Positions 42,293 to 52,416 are shown, counted from the first letter of the stretch. The stretch: DNA of 64,000 nt from Thermosipho sp. (in: thermotogales) (GCA_030153605.1 JASKLO010000002.1:31821-95820); one strand, 5' to 3'. Program-made: numbers and translations. The notes: generated by a model not told the origin, from the letters alone.

Positions 42293-42497
42293 TGTTTTTC
42301 ACCTCTAATTTTTTAATATTTTAACACAGATTTTTTAAAAATGTATTATAATATAATGTTAAGTGTGAATAAAATTTTATGATTTTATGTTATTAATGTA
42401 AGAAACAAAAACAAATAGCTAATGAACATTTAATTATAATTTTCAATATCTTAGTTCTTTTTGTATCTTAAATCTATTAATTAAAGGAGGGATAGGT

Positions 42498-44108
42498 GTG
42501 CGAAAAAAACTTTTGTTTTTTACGCTTATTTTGGGTTTGCTTATTGTATTTTTTTCTGGATGTGTTCCGTTCAGTATTTTTTCAACAAACCTTGAGATGT
42601 ATGTTACTGATTACAACTCAGGATATGCAGTTTCTGAAGCTACAGTAAAAGTTTATTACAACGGTATAAAAATTTCAGAGGGGACTACAAATAGTGAGGG
42701 GTATATTATCTTAAGTATTCCTACAAATATTGAATCAGGATATTTAGATTTTGTTATAACAAAAGAAGGATATGCAGTTACAAGGTTTAACAATGTTATG
42801 TTTGAAAAAAATAAGACAACTACTATAGAAACGCAATTAAGGAAGCCATCTGTTGGAATTACAACTACAGAGGTACCAGCTGAAATTAATGTAAAGTTTT
42901 ACGAAGATAGTTCTAAAACAAATGAGTTAATGTTAAATGGTAATATACTAAATGTCAATAGTGATTTTTACTACGAAATAAATGTAAATACTACAGAATA
43001 CGATGTGAAATACATTTATGTAAAGTTAGGATCAATACCTGGGGCTGGATTTTTCACTAATCCTAGAAGTATTTTTTATGAATCACCAGCAGAAGGTACA
43101 TTATCAATTTCTGGATTTGTAGGGCTAGTTCCATTATACATAGTTGTGTTTGATCAAAATGAAAATATGGTTGTGAATGTATATTACATAAATATAGAAA
43201 GAGGAGAAATTACAGTAAATAATCCATATGAAGTAGAGAAAATAGATCCTAGCATATATGCTTTTACAACAAGAGGAGGTATTCAATTTTATAATAACCC
43301 AATTAAAATTAACAAGGAGGCTGTTCCAGATTACAATCGAGAAAATCAATTAGAAGCTGCACCAGAGAAAGATACAAATCTTTGGGTAGAAATTTACTGG
43401 ATAGCCTGGGAAGATTCTAGTGCATCACTTACTGCAGAACAACCAGAAGCATACGTAATTTATAGAAGTTTCGATGGGGAAAATTTTGAAGAAATTGCAA
43501 CCGTACCAGAAGGATACGATTATTTTAGAGATAAATCCCCACAACTTGCAGCTGGTAAAGAAGTTTGGTACAAAGTAGCTGCTAAATATGGAGATTTTGT
43601 GGCAACACCTACATTATTAGGTTCAGTTGTACCATTGGATGTCTTTGGAATAAATTATTTAAGTCCAACAGATGGAGCAACTAATGTATCTACAAATCCA
43701 ACTTTTGCATGGGAAATAGTAAATCCAATTACCTCACCTGAAGGAGATACGCTTTATTTATTTGATATATGGTTATATGATCTTACATTGAATGATTTAG
43801 GATACTACTCAATAAGTGGCCCTGGTTATCCATATTATAGTTTCTTTGGAACATATGGAACAAGTGTTTCATTTGATTTTAATAATCCTCCTGTAGGTTG
43901 GTGGGTAGACTATGCAGCAGGAGGTTGGTATTCTTATGATACTTTACAGAAAAACAAAACTTACGAATGGGGAAATGAACTTGCTGTTGCAATAGTGTCT
44001 GATGATGATTCGGAGGCATATTCTATATTTGCTGATCAAGCTGGTATTATTTCTCCGTTTGAAATTGAAGCAGAAATTTATAACACATTCACAACTGGTG
44101 AAAATTAA
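42498..44108 (+). CDS. Surface lipoprotein with carboxypeptidase-regulatory-like and FN3/Ig-like domains
   Basis: Has the lipobox FFSGC after a signal peptide and an N-terminal CarboxypepD_reg-like segment (VKVYYNGIKISEGTTNSEGYIILSI). An FN3-like YVIYRSFDGENFEEIATV and an Ig-like PTDGATNVSTNPTFAW follow. Confidence 0.65.
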   Translation: MRKKLLFFTLILGLLIVFFSGCVPFSIFSTNLEMYVTDYNSGYAVSEATVKVYYNGIKISEGTTNSEGYIILSIPTNIESGYLDFVITKEGYAVTRFNNVMFEKNKTTTIETQLRKPSVGITTTEVPAEINVKFYEDSSKTNELMLNGNILNVNSDFYYEINVNTTEYDVKYIYVKLGSIPGAGFFTNPRSIFYESPAEGTLSISGFVGLVPLYIVVFDQNENMVVNVYYINIERGEITVNNPYEVEKIDPSIYAFTTRGGIQFYNNPIKINKEAVPDYNRENQLEAAPEKDTNLWVEIYWIAWEDSSASLTAEQPEAYVIYRSFDGENFEEIATVPEGYDYFRDKSPQLAAGKEVWYKVAAKYGDFVATPTLLGSVVPLDVFGINYLSPTDGATNVSTNPTFAWEIVNPITSPEGDTLYLFDIWLYDLTLNDLGYYSISGPGYPYYSFFGTYGTSVSFDFNNPPVGWWVDYAAGGWYSYDTLQKNKTYEWGNELAVAIVSDDDSEAYSIFADQAGIISPFEIEAEIYNTFTTGEN

Positions 44109-44124
44109 TGAAAGGGGGGAATGA

Positions 44125-46167
44125 TTGATGAATAAATTGCTTAAATATACTTTATTTGGATTATTGGTTTTAATATTAGTTTTATCTAGTTGTGGAATAA
44201 ATGATATTTCTTCAAATACATTAAAAAATGAAGTAGCGAGTGATAATACAGATTTAGTTTTTGGAAAGTTAGACACAGAATATGAAGAAGGAAAGATACT
44301 AGTTGGATATGAAGATAGAGAAGAGGTTGACAAAATAGTAGAGGTATTAAATGGAGAAATTTCTGTTGAATTACCACAAATAAAAATGGTATCAGTTAAA
44401 TTTAATGGAACAGTTGAAGAAGCATATGAAAAGATAATGAAATTAGACTTAAAAGGAATAAGATATGTTGAACCAAGCTACAAGAGATTCATAATAGATC
44501 CTGAACCAGTTTCAGATGAAATAATAAATGTAAAAAATCCAAAGGGAAATACAATATACTCAGCAACAGGAAGAGGAAACGAAGAATTTTCAAAATATCT
44601 TTGGGGCCTAGAAGCCTTAAATGTTGAAGATGTATGGAATTCTGGTTATACGGGAAAAGGCGTAGTTGTTGCTGTAATTGATACAGGTGTTGATGGTACA
44701 CATCCAGATTTGGTTGGACAAGTAATAGAGGGATATAGACCATTAACAGATGAAATATTACCTGCAGGTACTGATTCATCATATGGAGGAGCTCATGGTA
44801 CCCATGTAGCAGGTACAATAGCAGCTACAGATGATGGTTTAGGTATTGTAGGAGTTGCTCCAGAGGCAAAAATAATGCCAATTGTTATATTTGATACTGT
44901 TGGCTATGTTGGAGATGATGAAGTAGCAGAAGGAATTATATGGGCAGTAGAAAATGGTGCAGACATCCTTCAAAATTCATGGGGAGGCTGGGGATATAGT
45001 TATACTTTGAAAGAAGCTTTTGATTATGCATTAGATAATAATGTAGTTGTAACAGTATCAGCTGGAAACGATCATACTGATCAACATTTACATTATCCAT
45101 CAAACTATCCAGGAATCATTCAAGTAGCTGCTGTAGAATACAATGGAGGAGATTATAGAACAACATGGTTCTCAAATAGAAGTGATGCAATTACTGTTGG
45201 TGCACCAGGTGTAGCAATATTATCATCTGTCCCTGGATTGAATTCTCTTGGATATGAAGGATATTCATTAATGGGAAGCAATAATGGATTATATGATGTT
45301 TGGCAAGGTACATCTATGGCATGTCCACATGTATCAGGAGTTGTGGCATTGCTGTTAGAAAAATATCCTGATGCTACAGTGTGGCAGATAAGAAAACTTA
45401 TTGAACAAGGAGCAATTGATATCGATGAAGCAGGTTTTGATCATGATTCGGGATTTGGATTAGTAAATGCTAAAAATTCAGTAGATTTGAATTTACCAGA
45501 AGATGGTGGATTGACATTTGATGTTTATTCACTCGATAGCTGGGGTTATGGTATACCAGGTGTGTTTGTTACATTAAAAAGATTAAATAGTGATGGAGCG
45601 GATTATTTTGCAAAAAGTGATTACACAGGGGCTGCCCATTTTTCAAATATAGATGCTGGTGAATATGAAGTTATTGTTGGTGGGCCAGATTCAAATGATA
45701 GAAGTTATAATGGAGGATATTTTGGTAGCTATGCATCGAGAAGAGAAGAAGAAAGACAATATAGTAGAATTGTCAATTTAACAAATGATTCTTCTGAAGT
45801 TTTCACATTTACATCATCATTTGAAGTAGAATTTGATGAACCAACTGTTGATTTAGGTCAAGCAACAGTTACTATTGATTCAGCTTTATATGAATTAATT
45901 TATGGTATAAGAGGAAGTTATGATAAAGCTGCTTTTTCTACTCAGACCACATATGATTTTTCATGGATAGCAGATTATGTGTATTTGAGAGTTGAAAGGT
46001 CAAATGTAGGAACAGCTTGTACAGTAAATGGAACGGTCACATTAAACGGTTATCAAATCCCAGTTTTTGGAACATTTGCTACAGATTCAACACTTACCAC
46101 TGTAGACGAGTATGGTGGAAATTATTGGTGGATGTGGTGGAGTTTGTTTGGTATTCCAATTATTTAA
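44125..46167 (+). CDS. S8 subtilisin-family serine protease lipoprotein (fervidolysin-like architecture)
   Basis: Has the lipobox LSSC and an I9-like propeptide. The catalytic triad motifs VAVIDTGV, HGTHVAGT and GTSMACPHVSG are present. A C-terminal beta-sandwich region includes a CarboxypepD_reg-like segment. Confidence 0.9.
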   Translation: MMNKLLKYTLFGLLVLILVLSSCGINDISSNTLKNEVASDNTDLVFGKLDTEYEEGKILVGYEDREEVDKIVEVLNGEISVELPQIKMVSVKFNGTVEEAYEKIMKLDLKGIRYVEPSYKRFIIDPEPVSDEIINVKNPKGNTIYSATGRGNEEFSKYLWGLEALNVEDVWNSGYTGKGVVVAVIDTGVDGTHPDLVGQVIEGYRPLTDEILPAGTDSSYGGAHGTHVAGTIAATDDGLGIVGVAPEAKIMPIVIFDTVGYVGDDEVAEGIIWAVENGADILQNSWGGWGYSYTLKEAFDYALDNNVVVTVSAGNDHTDQHLHYPSNYPGIIQVAAVEYNGGDYRTTWFSNRSDAITVGAPGVAILSSVPGLNSLGYEGYSLMGSNNGLYDVWQGTSMACPHVSGVVALLLEKYPDATVWQIRKLIEQGAIDIDEAGFDHDSGFGLVNAKNSVDLNLPEDGGLTFDVYSLDSWGYGIPGVFVTLKRLNSDGADYFAKSDYTGAAHFSNIDAGEYEVIVGGPDSNDRSYNGGYFGSYASRREEERQYSRIVNLTNDSSEVFTFTSSFEVEFDEPTVDLGQATVTIDSALYELIYGIRGSYDKAAFSTQTTYDFSWIADYVYLRVERSNVGTACTVNGTVTLNGYQIPVFGTFATDSTLTTVDEYGGNYWWMWWSLFGIPII

Positions 46168-46176
46168 GTTTTAAAT

Positions 46177-46209
46177 AAACAAGCCTCCGATTTTCGGAGG
46201 CTTGTTTTT
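46177..46209. terminator. Bidirectional intrinsic terminator between the convergent S8 protease and XDH-family operon
   Basis: 11-bp stem caagcctccga-ttt-tcggaggcttg flanked by an A-rich tract upstream and a T-rich tract downstream. Confidence 0.8.
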
Positions 46210-48514
46210 ATTTATTATTTAAACTCATTAAAACTTTTTCAGGTGTAATTGGAAGGGTTTTAATTCTAACCCCTACAGCGTTGTAGATAGCGTTTGCAAT
46301 TGCAGCAGGAGGAGTGTCAATACCAATTTCTGCTACTGATTTAGCCCCAAACGGGCCTGTTGGTTCGTAGCTTTCAACAAATTTAACAATTATATTTCCT
46401 ATATCTGCTCTAGATGGTATTTTATAATGCATAAGGTTATTTGTAAGTAATTTTCCATTTGGAGAATATTTTACATCTTCAAATAATGCCATGCCAATTC
46501 CTTGAACAAGCCCACCTTCAACTTGAATCCTAGCTAGATTTGGATTAATTGTAACACCACAATCAACAACTGCAATATAATTAATGAGTTTTACTTTCCC
46601 AGTTTCTATATCAACTTCAACTTCTGCAAAACCAGCCATAAATGGTGGAGGAGATTCTTCGCCTACATAGGAAGCATCTGCAATAAGTTGTTTTTGGTTT
46701 TCAGTGTAAAGTAATACTGTTGCAAGTTCTTTTAAAGAAACTTTTTTACTTCCATTCTTTTCATATATATATTTTCCATCAAAATCAACATTGGATTCAT
46801 CTAAACCTAATTTAAGTGCTCCTTCTTTTATAATAAGTTTTCTCATTTTTTCAGCAGCTCTTTTTACAGCATTACCTGAAACATATGTTGTACTTGAAGC
46901 ATATGCTCCAACATCAAAAGGAGTGAGGTCAGTATCTGATGAATAAACAATTATGTCTTCAGTTGGAACATTTAAAACTTCAGCAGCTATTTGTGCAAGA
47001 ATTGTGTCGCTCCCTGTTCCAAGGTCAGTTGCTCCAATCAAAAGGTTAAAAGAACCATCATCATTAAGTTTTAGAACAGCAGCTCCCATATCAATATTAG
47101 CAATTCCTGATCCTTGCATTGCTATTGCCATTCCTACTCCACGATATTTAGTTTCAGAAATCTTTTTTCTAGGAAACTTTTCTTTCCAATTAATTAATTT
47201 CATTCCTTCTTCAACACATTCATTCAATTTACAACTTCTTACTATCATATCAACGCCTTCACGACCTTCGCCCATAATTTTAAATATGGGTGAAGTTTCA
47301 CCTTCTCTTATCATATTTTTCTTTCTAAATTCAATAGGATCCATTCCAAGTTTTTCTGCTAACATATCTATGGCAGATTCTAAAGCAAAGTTTCCTTGAA
47401 TTGCACCATATCCTCTATATGCTCCAGCAGGTACTTTATTTGTATAAACCACTTTTCCAGAAAATCTAACAGCATCAACTTTGTTATATAATGGCAAAGT
47501 TTTTGAACCTGCTACCATAAATGTTGTTAAAGCATGTTCTCCATATGCCCCAGTATCTGATAATCCTTTCATATCAATAACTTTTAATTTTCCATCTTTT
47601 GATGCGCCCAATGTAATGTCATATCTCATTGGATGTCTACTATAGGTTGCTTCAAAAACTTCTTGCCTTGTATAAACTATCTTAGCTGGTTTACCTGTTT
47701 TGAGTGTTACAGCAGCAACAAATGGTTCACCGTGAACAGCTTGTTTTCCACCAAATCCTCCACCAATTCTTGGTTTAATTACTCTAATATTTTTTATTGG
47801 AATATCAAAAGCTTCAGCAATAATTCTTCTTACGTGGAAAGGAACTTGTGTAGAAGATATTATAATTAATCTACCATGCATATCTATATAAGAAGCTGCT
47901 GTGTGTGGTTCAAAAGCAACATGTGCTTGAGCTTGGGTGTAAAATCTTTCACTAATTACAACATCACATTTTTTAAGTTCTTCTTCTACACTTCCAATTT
48001 CCATTTCGTAAGAAGCCGCGATATTCTTTTGTGCATCAAATCCTATTTCAAACATTGGATGTGTTTCTTTTTCTGGATGGATTATTGAAGGATGTCCTTC
48101 TGCTTTTTCAAAATCAAGAACAGGTTCAAAAATTTCGTACTCAACTTTTATTTTTTTAAGAGCCTCATTTACACATTTTTCGTCTTTTCCAGCTACAATT
48201 GCTACTTCATCTCCGACATATCTAACATATTCATCTAATATATACCAGTCATGTGGAGAAGGTTCAGGATAACCTTGTCCTGCTCGTGTTATAGGATTTC
48301 TAGGAACATCTTTATAGGTTAAAATGCATTCAACTCCTTCAATTTTACTTGCTTCAGAAATGTCTATATTTTTAATTTTTGCAAAAGCATGGGGGCTCCT
48401 TAGAAGCTTAACAATCAAAGAATTTTTTGGAGCGAGATCATCTGTATAAACAGGCTTTCCTAATAATAATCCTAGAGCATCTTTTTTTGGTATTTTTCGA
48501 GTGACTTCTTTCAT
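46208..48514 (-). CDS. Xanthine dehydrogenase / aldehyde oxidase family molybdopterin-binding large subunit
   Basis: 768 aa with RIGGGFGGKQ, AGAYRGYGAIQG, GATDLGTGSDT and GAKSVAEIG motifs typical of the Mo-pterin subunit. Confidence 0.9.
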   Translation of the reverse strand: MKEVTRKIPKKDALGLLLGKPVYTDDLAPKNSLIVKLLRSPHAFAKIKNIDISEASKIEGVECILTYKDVPRNPITRAGQGYPEPSPHDWYILDEYVRYVGDEVAIVAGKDEKCVNEALKKIKVEYEIFEPVLDFEKAEGHPSIIHPEKETHPMFEIGFDAQKNIAASYEMEIGSVEEELKKCDVVISERFYTQAQAHVAFEPHTAASYIDMHGRLIIISSTQVPFHVRRIIAEAFDIPIKNIRVIKPRIGGGFGGKQAVHGEPFVAAVTLKTGKPAKIVYTRQEVFEATYSRHPMRYDITLGASKDGKLKVIDMKGLSDTGAYGEHALTTFMVAGSKTLPLYNKVDAVRFSGKVVYTNKVPAGAYRGYGAIQGNFALESAIDMLAEKLGMDPIEFRKKNMIREGETSPIFKIMGEGREGVDMIVRSCKLNECVEEGMKLINWKEKFPRKKISETKYRGVGMAIAMQGSGIANIDMGAAVLKLNDDGSFNLLIGATDLGTGSDTILAQIAAEVLNVPTEDIIVYSSDTDLTPFDVGAYASSTTYVSGNAVKRAAEKMRKLIIKEGALKLGLDESNVDFDGKYIYEKNGSKKVSLKELATVLLYTENQKQLIADASYVGEESPPPFMAGFAEVEVDIETGKVKLINYIAVVDCGVTINPNLARIQVEGGLVQGIGMALFEDVKYSPNGKLLTNNLMHYKIPSRADIGNIIVKFVESYEPTGPFGAKSVAEIGIDTPPAAIANAIYNAVGVRIKTLPITPEKVLMSLNNK

Positions 48515-48957
48515 TTTTCCACCCCCAAAAATTTTTCGATGGCTCTATGTTGGCCAACATATCCAGTACACCTGCAGAGATTACCGATAAGTTTAATTTG
48601 TATTTCTTCCATTTTTTTAATTTTTAGCTTTTTTAAATACACAGTGTTAACAATTAAGCCTGGGCTACAAAAACCACATTGATCTGCTCCTTCTTCAGCT
48701 AATAATTTAGCAAAATCTTTAGCTTCAGGAAGTCCTTCAACTGTTGTTATTTCATGACCATCTACTCTTGCAGCAAAAATTGAACAAGAAGGAACAGGTC
48801 TTCCATCTAAAAGTATTGTACAAATACCGCACATTCCTGTATCGCAGCCTCTTCTTACGCTATGATATCCATACCTTCTTAAAACATCTAACAACACTTC
48901 ATCAGGAGCAATTTCTAATTCTTTTTTTTCATTATTAATGGTTACATTTATTTTCAT
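48511..48957 (-). CDS. (2Fe-2S)-binding small subunit, copy 2
   Basis: GCDTGMCGICT...C plus CGFCSPG and CRCTGY are present, giving two [2Fe-2S] sites. Confidence 0.9.
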   Translation of the reverse strand: MKINVTINNEKKELEIAPDEVLLDVLRRYGYHSVRRGCDTGMCGICTILLDGRPVPSCSIFAARVDGHEITTVEGLPEAKDFAKLLAEEGADQCGFCSPGLIVNTVYLKKLKIKKMEEIQIKLIGNLCRCTGYVGQHRAIEKFLGVEK

Positions 48958-49745
48958 TACATCACCTCCAACAAAGCTCTTTTAACAAGAGCTTCACAAA
49001 CTTTTTTTCGGTATTCTTTAGAAGCTTTTATATCGTCAGAAAAAGGAATTTCATCAGAAACCATTTTAGAAGCTTTTATAATAGTTTCTTCGTTTAAACC
49101 ATTTTCATTTAAGAATTGCATTGTTTTATAAGCAAGTAAGGCGACACCAGGTCTTGCTCCTACTGCTATTTTTACTTCTTCTCCTTTAGAAACTGCAACA
49201 TTTAAAATTGAAAAATCATATTCTGAATTTCTGATGTATTGGAAAGAAGTCTTTAAATTTTCTTTTTTGATAACAATTTTTTCTAAAATGTCTTTGTGAG
49301 CTAATTTAGTTTTTAAAAACTCTTCCAAAGTAAACTTTCCAGATTTGTATAAATATATTTCTGTTGGTAAAACTAACAAAGCCGTAATTAAGTCAGAAAA
49401 ACCGTATTTTGGATACAAAGTTCCACCAATAGTAATTATGTTTCTCATTTGAAAACTTAGAATAGTTTCTGAAACATTTTTGAGAAAGCCATTATAAAGA
49501 TTAATTAAAATTGGATTTTCTTCAAAAGCTGAAATTACAACCATTGACCCTATTTCGATGTAATTGTCGTTTTCTTTAACAAAATCTAGGTTAGCATCAA
49601 AAAGGTCTATTGCCACATCAACTTTTCTGTTTGAAAGCCTTAAAAATGCTCCACCTCCGACAATTTCAGCATTTTTAGTGATTAATAATTTATAGGCCTC
49701 TTCGATAGTTTTAGGTTTTAAATATTCATTAAATTGAATCATCAT
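48957..49745 (-). CDS. FAD-binding medium subunit (CoxM/XdhB-like), divergent copy 2
   Basis: FAD_binding_5-like protein: KPKTIEEAYKLL...VGGGAFL...ITIGGTL, with a C-terminal CO-dehydrogenase-flavoprotein-like SKEYRKKV. The usual GGTDL motif is replaced by GGGAFL. Confidence 0.75.
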   Translation of the reverse strand: MMIQFNEYLKPKTIEEAYKLLITKNAEIVGGGAFLRLSNRKVDVAIDLFDANLDFVKENDNYIEIGSMVVISAFEENPILINLYNGFLKNVSETILSFQMRNIITIGGTLYPKYGFSDLITALLVLPTEIYLYKSGKFTLEEFLKTKLAHKDILEKIVIKKENLKTSFQYIRNSEYDFSILNVAVSKGEEVKIAVGARPGVALLAYKTMQFLNENGLNEETIIKASKMVSDEIPFSDDIKASKEYRKKVCEALVKRALLEVM

Positions 49746-50584
49746 CTCACCACCTTTTCAAATAGATTGTTATATGCTTTAATAACTAAATTGTGAACCA
49801 AGCTTTTTCGATATTCTTTTGTAGCCCTAACATCAGTAATTGGAGAAGAAAGTTTCTGATATTCATTAGCAAGATACTTAAAAAGTTCTTCGTCTATAGT
49901 TTTTCCTATTAAAGTTTTTTCTAAGTTTTCATCTCGTAAAATTGTTGGTGCAACAGAACCAAAGGCAATCCTAATGTCGTTTATTTTATTATCCTCTTCT
50001 TTTATTAATATTCCAATGCTTGCTATAGAAATAATCATAGCGTTTCTCCTACCAACTTTTTCAAAGTAAAATTTGTAATCAGTCAATAATTCTAGTTCTA
50101 TTCCATATACAAATTCGTTTTGTTCTAGATTAATTTGTCCAGGGCTTTTAATGAAATCTTTTATAGGAATTTTTTTAGAAGAAGGTTCAATAAGTATTTG
50201 GGCATTAAATAAATAACTTGCAAGGACAAAGTCTCCTGCAGGGGAAGCATTCGAAATATTACCAACAGGAGTACCCCTATTTCTAATCATAGGTGAACCT
50301 ATGGTTTTTACAATATCTTCAAGAATATTATTTAGCTTATTTTCTTTAATAAAATAACGAAGTTCATTGTAAGTTGCATTAATAGGAATAAACAATTTTT
50401 TGTCTTTTATTTCTATTCCTTTTGTATCTAAATATTTTGTATCAATAACAGTATCAGTATCAATAATTCCTGCTCTTAATTTGACAAACAAGTCAGTACC
50501 GCCGGAAAATAAATATCCGTTTGTTTTATACTTTAATTCAGAAAGTTCATCTATAGTTTTTGGTCTAAAATAATTTTTTATCAT
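49742..50584 (-). CDS. FAD-binding medium subunit (CoxM/XdhB-like), copy 1
   Basis: [11 protein letters not shown]...[11 protein letters not shown]...[12 protein letters not shown]...TKEYRKSL are present. Confidence 0.85.
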   Translation of the reverse strand: MIKNYFRPKTIDELSELKYKTNGYLFSGGTDLFVKLRAGIIDTDTVIDTKYLDTKGIEIKDKKLFIPINATYNELRYFIKENKLNNILEDIVKTIGSPMIRNRGTPVGNISNASPAGDFVLASYLFNAQILIEPSSKKIPIKDFIKSPGQINLEQNEFVYGIELELLTDYKFYFEKVGRRNAMIISIASIGILIKEEDNKINDIRIAFGSVAPTILRDENLEKTLIGKTIDEELFKYLANEYQKLSSPITDVRATKEYRKSLVHNLVIKAYNNLFEKVVR

Positions 50585-51048
50585 CTTTCATCACTTCCTT
50601 TGTTATACATTTTGGCTGCTAATTTTACAGCATCTTCTATTTTTAAATAACCAGTGCAACGACAAAGATTTCCTTCAAGCGCTTCTTTGATTTCTTCACT
50701 TGAAGGGTTTTTGTTTTGTTCTAAAAGAGCTTTAGTTGAAATTATAAAACCTGGGGTACAAAAGCCACATTGAATAGCTCCTGCTTCAACATATGCATTT
50801 TGGATTATTTTATCTTCTAAACCTTCCACAGTAATTACTTCTTTGCCATCTAATTCTACAGCTAGCATTAAACAAGAGTGAACGTTTTTACCATCTACCA
50901 AGATAGTGCATGCACCGCATTCACCTTCGCCGCATCCTTCCTTTACTGATAAAATTCCTAGATCATCTCTTAAAAAGTCAAGAGCTCTTTTATAAACAGG
51001 AACATCTTTTACAATTTCTTTTCCGTTAAGTTTGAATTTTACAATCAT
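50581..51048 (-). CDS. (2Fe-2S)-binding small subunit, copy 1
   Basis: [11 protein letters not shown]...C plus CGFCTPG and CRCTGY are present. Confidence 0.9.
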   Translation of the reverse strand: MIVKFKLNGKEIVKDVPVYKRALDFLRDDLGILSVKEGCGEGECGACTILVDGKNVHSCLMLAVELDGKEVITVEGLEDKIIQNAYVEAGAIQCGFCTPGFIISTKALLEQNKNPSSEEIKEALEGNLCRCTGYLKIEDAVKLAAKMYNKGSDER

Positions 51049-52256
51049 GATTTCACCTCATTTATAAAAGATAAAACTTCTTCAAGATTTGGCTTAATTT
51101 TTATAGGTTTTATGAGTTTTTCAACTGATTTTATGTCTTTTAATCCGTTTCCTGTAACGAAAATACAAGCCTTTTCATCTTTTGCTATTAAATTGTTCTT
51201 AATTGCTTTCTTTAATCCAGCATAGGATGCTGCCCCAGCTGGTTCTCCAAAAACACCAGTTAAATTTGCAAGTTCAGATATTGCTTTTAAAATTTCCTCA
51301 TCAGAAACCCTTAAAAATGTTCCACCACTTTTTTCAACGTATTTACATGCCTTAATTACATCTCTTGGTTTTCCTACAGAAATACTATCAGCTATAGTAC
51401 TTGAGGTAATATCAACCGGAGTATATGGTTTTCCCTTTTCAAATGTTCTAACTATTGCATCAGCATTTTGAGCTTGAATACCAATAATTTTTGGAATTTT
51501 ATTAATTAAACCCAATTTATAAAAGTCATAAAATCCTTTAAATAAAGAACTAATAACTGTTCCATCGCCAACGCCTACTAAAACAACATCAGGTGGTTCA
51601 AAATTATTTTGAACTATAACTTCTAAAGCGCCTGTTTTTTTCCCTTCTAAAAGATATGGATTAATTGCAGAATTTCTTGAGTACCAATTGAGTTTTTTAC
51701 CTACTACCATTGAAATATCAAATGCTTCATCGTAAGTACCGTCTATTTGAATTACATTGGCACCATAAACATATAGTTGAGCTATTTTGGCTATTGGGGC
51801 ACTTGCTGGAACAAATATAAAAGTATTTAACTTTGTAGGGGCGGTTAATCCAGCAAGAGAACTAGCAGCATTGCCGGTCGAAGCGCAATATATAGTATCA
51901 TAGTTAAATTCATATGCTTTAGAGATGGCTATAGCAGTTGCTCTATCCTTATATGAAGCCGTAGGATTTGTACCATCATACTTTACTTGTAGTTCTTTAA
52001 TGCCTAAAATATTTTTAAATTTATATAAAGGTGTCCCGCCTACCTTTAATTGAACAACATATTGATTAATTGGTAAAATTTTTGAAAATTGAGAAATATC
52101 TCCTTCAGGATAGAATTCTGATTTTTTGATAGAGATATTATCATAATCATAAATTACTTCTAAAGTTCCCATTCTATCTCCACAATGCGGACATGTGTAT
52201 AAATCGCGGCTAGGTTCATAAATCTTCTCGCAAGTTATACATCTAAGCTTGTACAT
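51045..52256 (-). CDS. Threonine synthase family (fold-type II PLP) enzyme with an N-terminal zinc ribbon
   Basis: N-terminal CITC...CPHC is present. The PLP-lysine motif [12 protein letters not shown] and a glycine-rich PLP phosphate loop (GVGDGT) are also present. There is a 4-nt overlap with the downstream FeS gene. Confidence 0.8.
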   Translation of the reverse strand: MYKLRCITCEKIYEPSRDLYTCPHCGDRMGTLEVIYDYDNISIKKSEFYPEGDISQFSKILPINQYVVQLKVGGTPLYKFKNILGIKELQVKYDGTNPTASYKDRATAIAISKAYEFNYDTIYCASTGNAASSLAGLTAPTKLNTFIFVPASAPIAKIAQLYVYGANVIQIDGTYDEAFDISMVVGKKLNWYSRNSAINPYLLEGKKTGALEVIVQNNFEPPDVVLVGVGDGTVISSLFKGFYDFYKLGLINKIPKIIGIQAQNADAIVRTFEKGKPYTPVDITSSTIADSISVGKPRDVIKACKYVEKSGGTFLRVSDEEILKAISELANLTGVFGEPAGAASYAGLKKAIKNNLIAKDEKACIFVTGNGLKDIKSVEKLIKPIKIKPNLEEVLSFINEVKS

Positions 52257-52407
52257 TTTATCCCTCCTAGTTTGTTAAAAATTATACTTTTATTGACAAA
52301 TTACAAAAAGTATAGTAATTTTAAGAAATAATAATAAAATAGACAATTTTTTACGATAAATCAAAATAATAAAAGAATAAAAAGGAAAAATTTTATTATT
52401 TAAAATG

Positions 52408-52416
52408 TGGTATACT
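52408..52416 (+). promoter_or_regulatory. Extended -10 promoter element (TGgTATACT) for the HD-domain gene
   Basis: The sequence tggtatact lies about 20 nt upstream of the SD ggaggtgg of the ATG at 52438. Confidence 0.4.

Noticed and set aside
46208-52256. Calling the operon a bona fide xanthine dehydrogenase or selenium-dependent purine hydroxylase cluster.
   Set aside because: - Only family membership is supported.
- There is no in-frame TGA.
- There are no xdhC, selD or other purine-catabolic genes (allantoinase, uricase, ygeW/Y-like) in the window.
- Substrate-specifying residues cannot be judged without an alignment.
52283-52314. 9-bp inverted repeat TATACTTTT-N14-AAAAGTATA spanning a TTGACA hexamer, between the divergent ThrC-like/XDH operon and the HD gene. 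It could be an operator.
   Set aside because: The arms are short and pure A/T-rich, so chance occurrence in this composition is plausible, and the flanks do not extend the symmetry. It is worth rechecking only if conserved in relatives.
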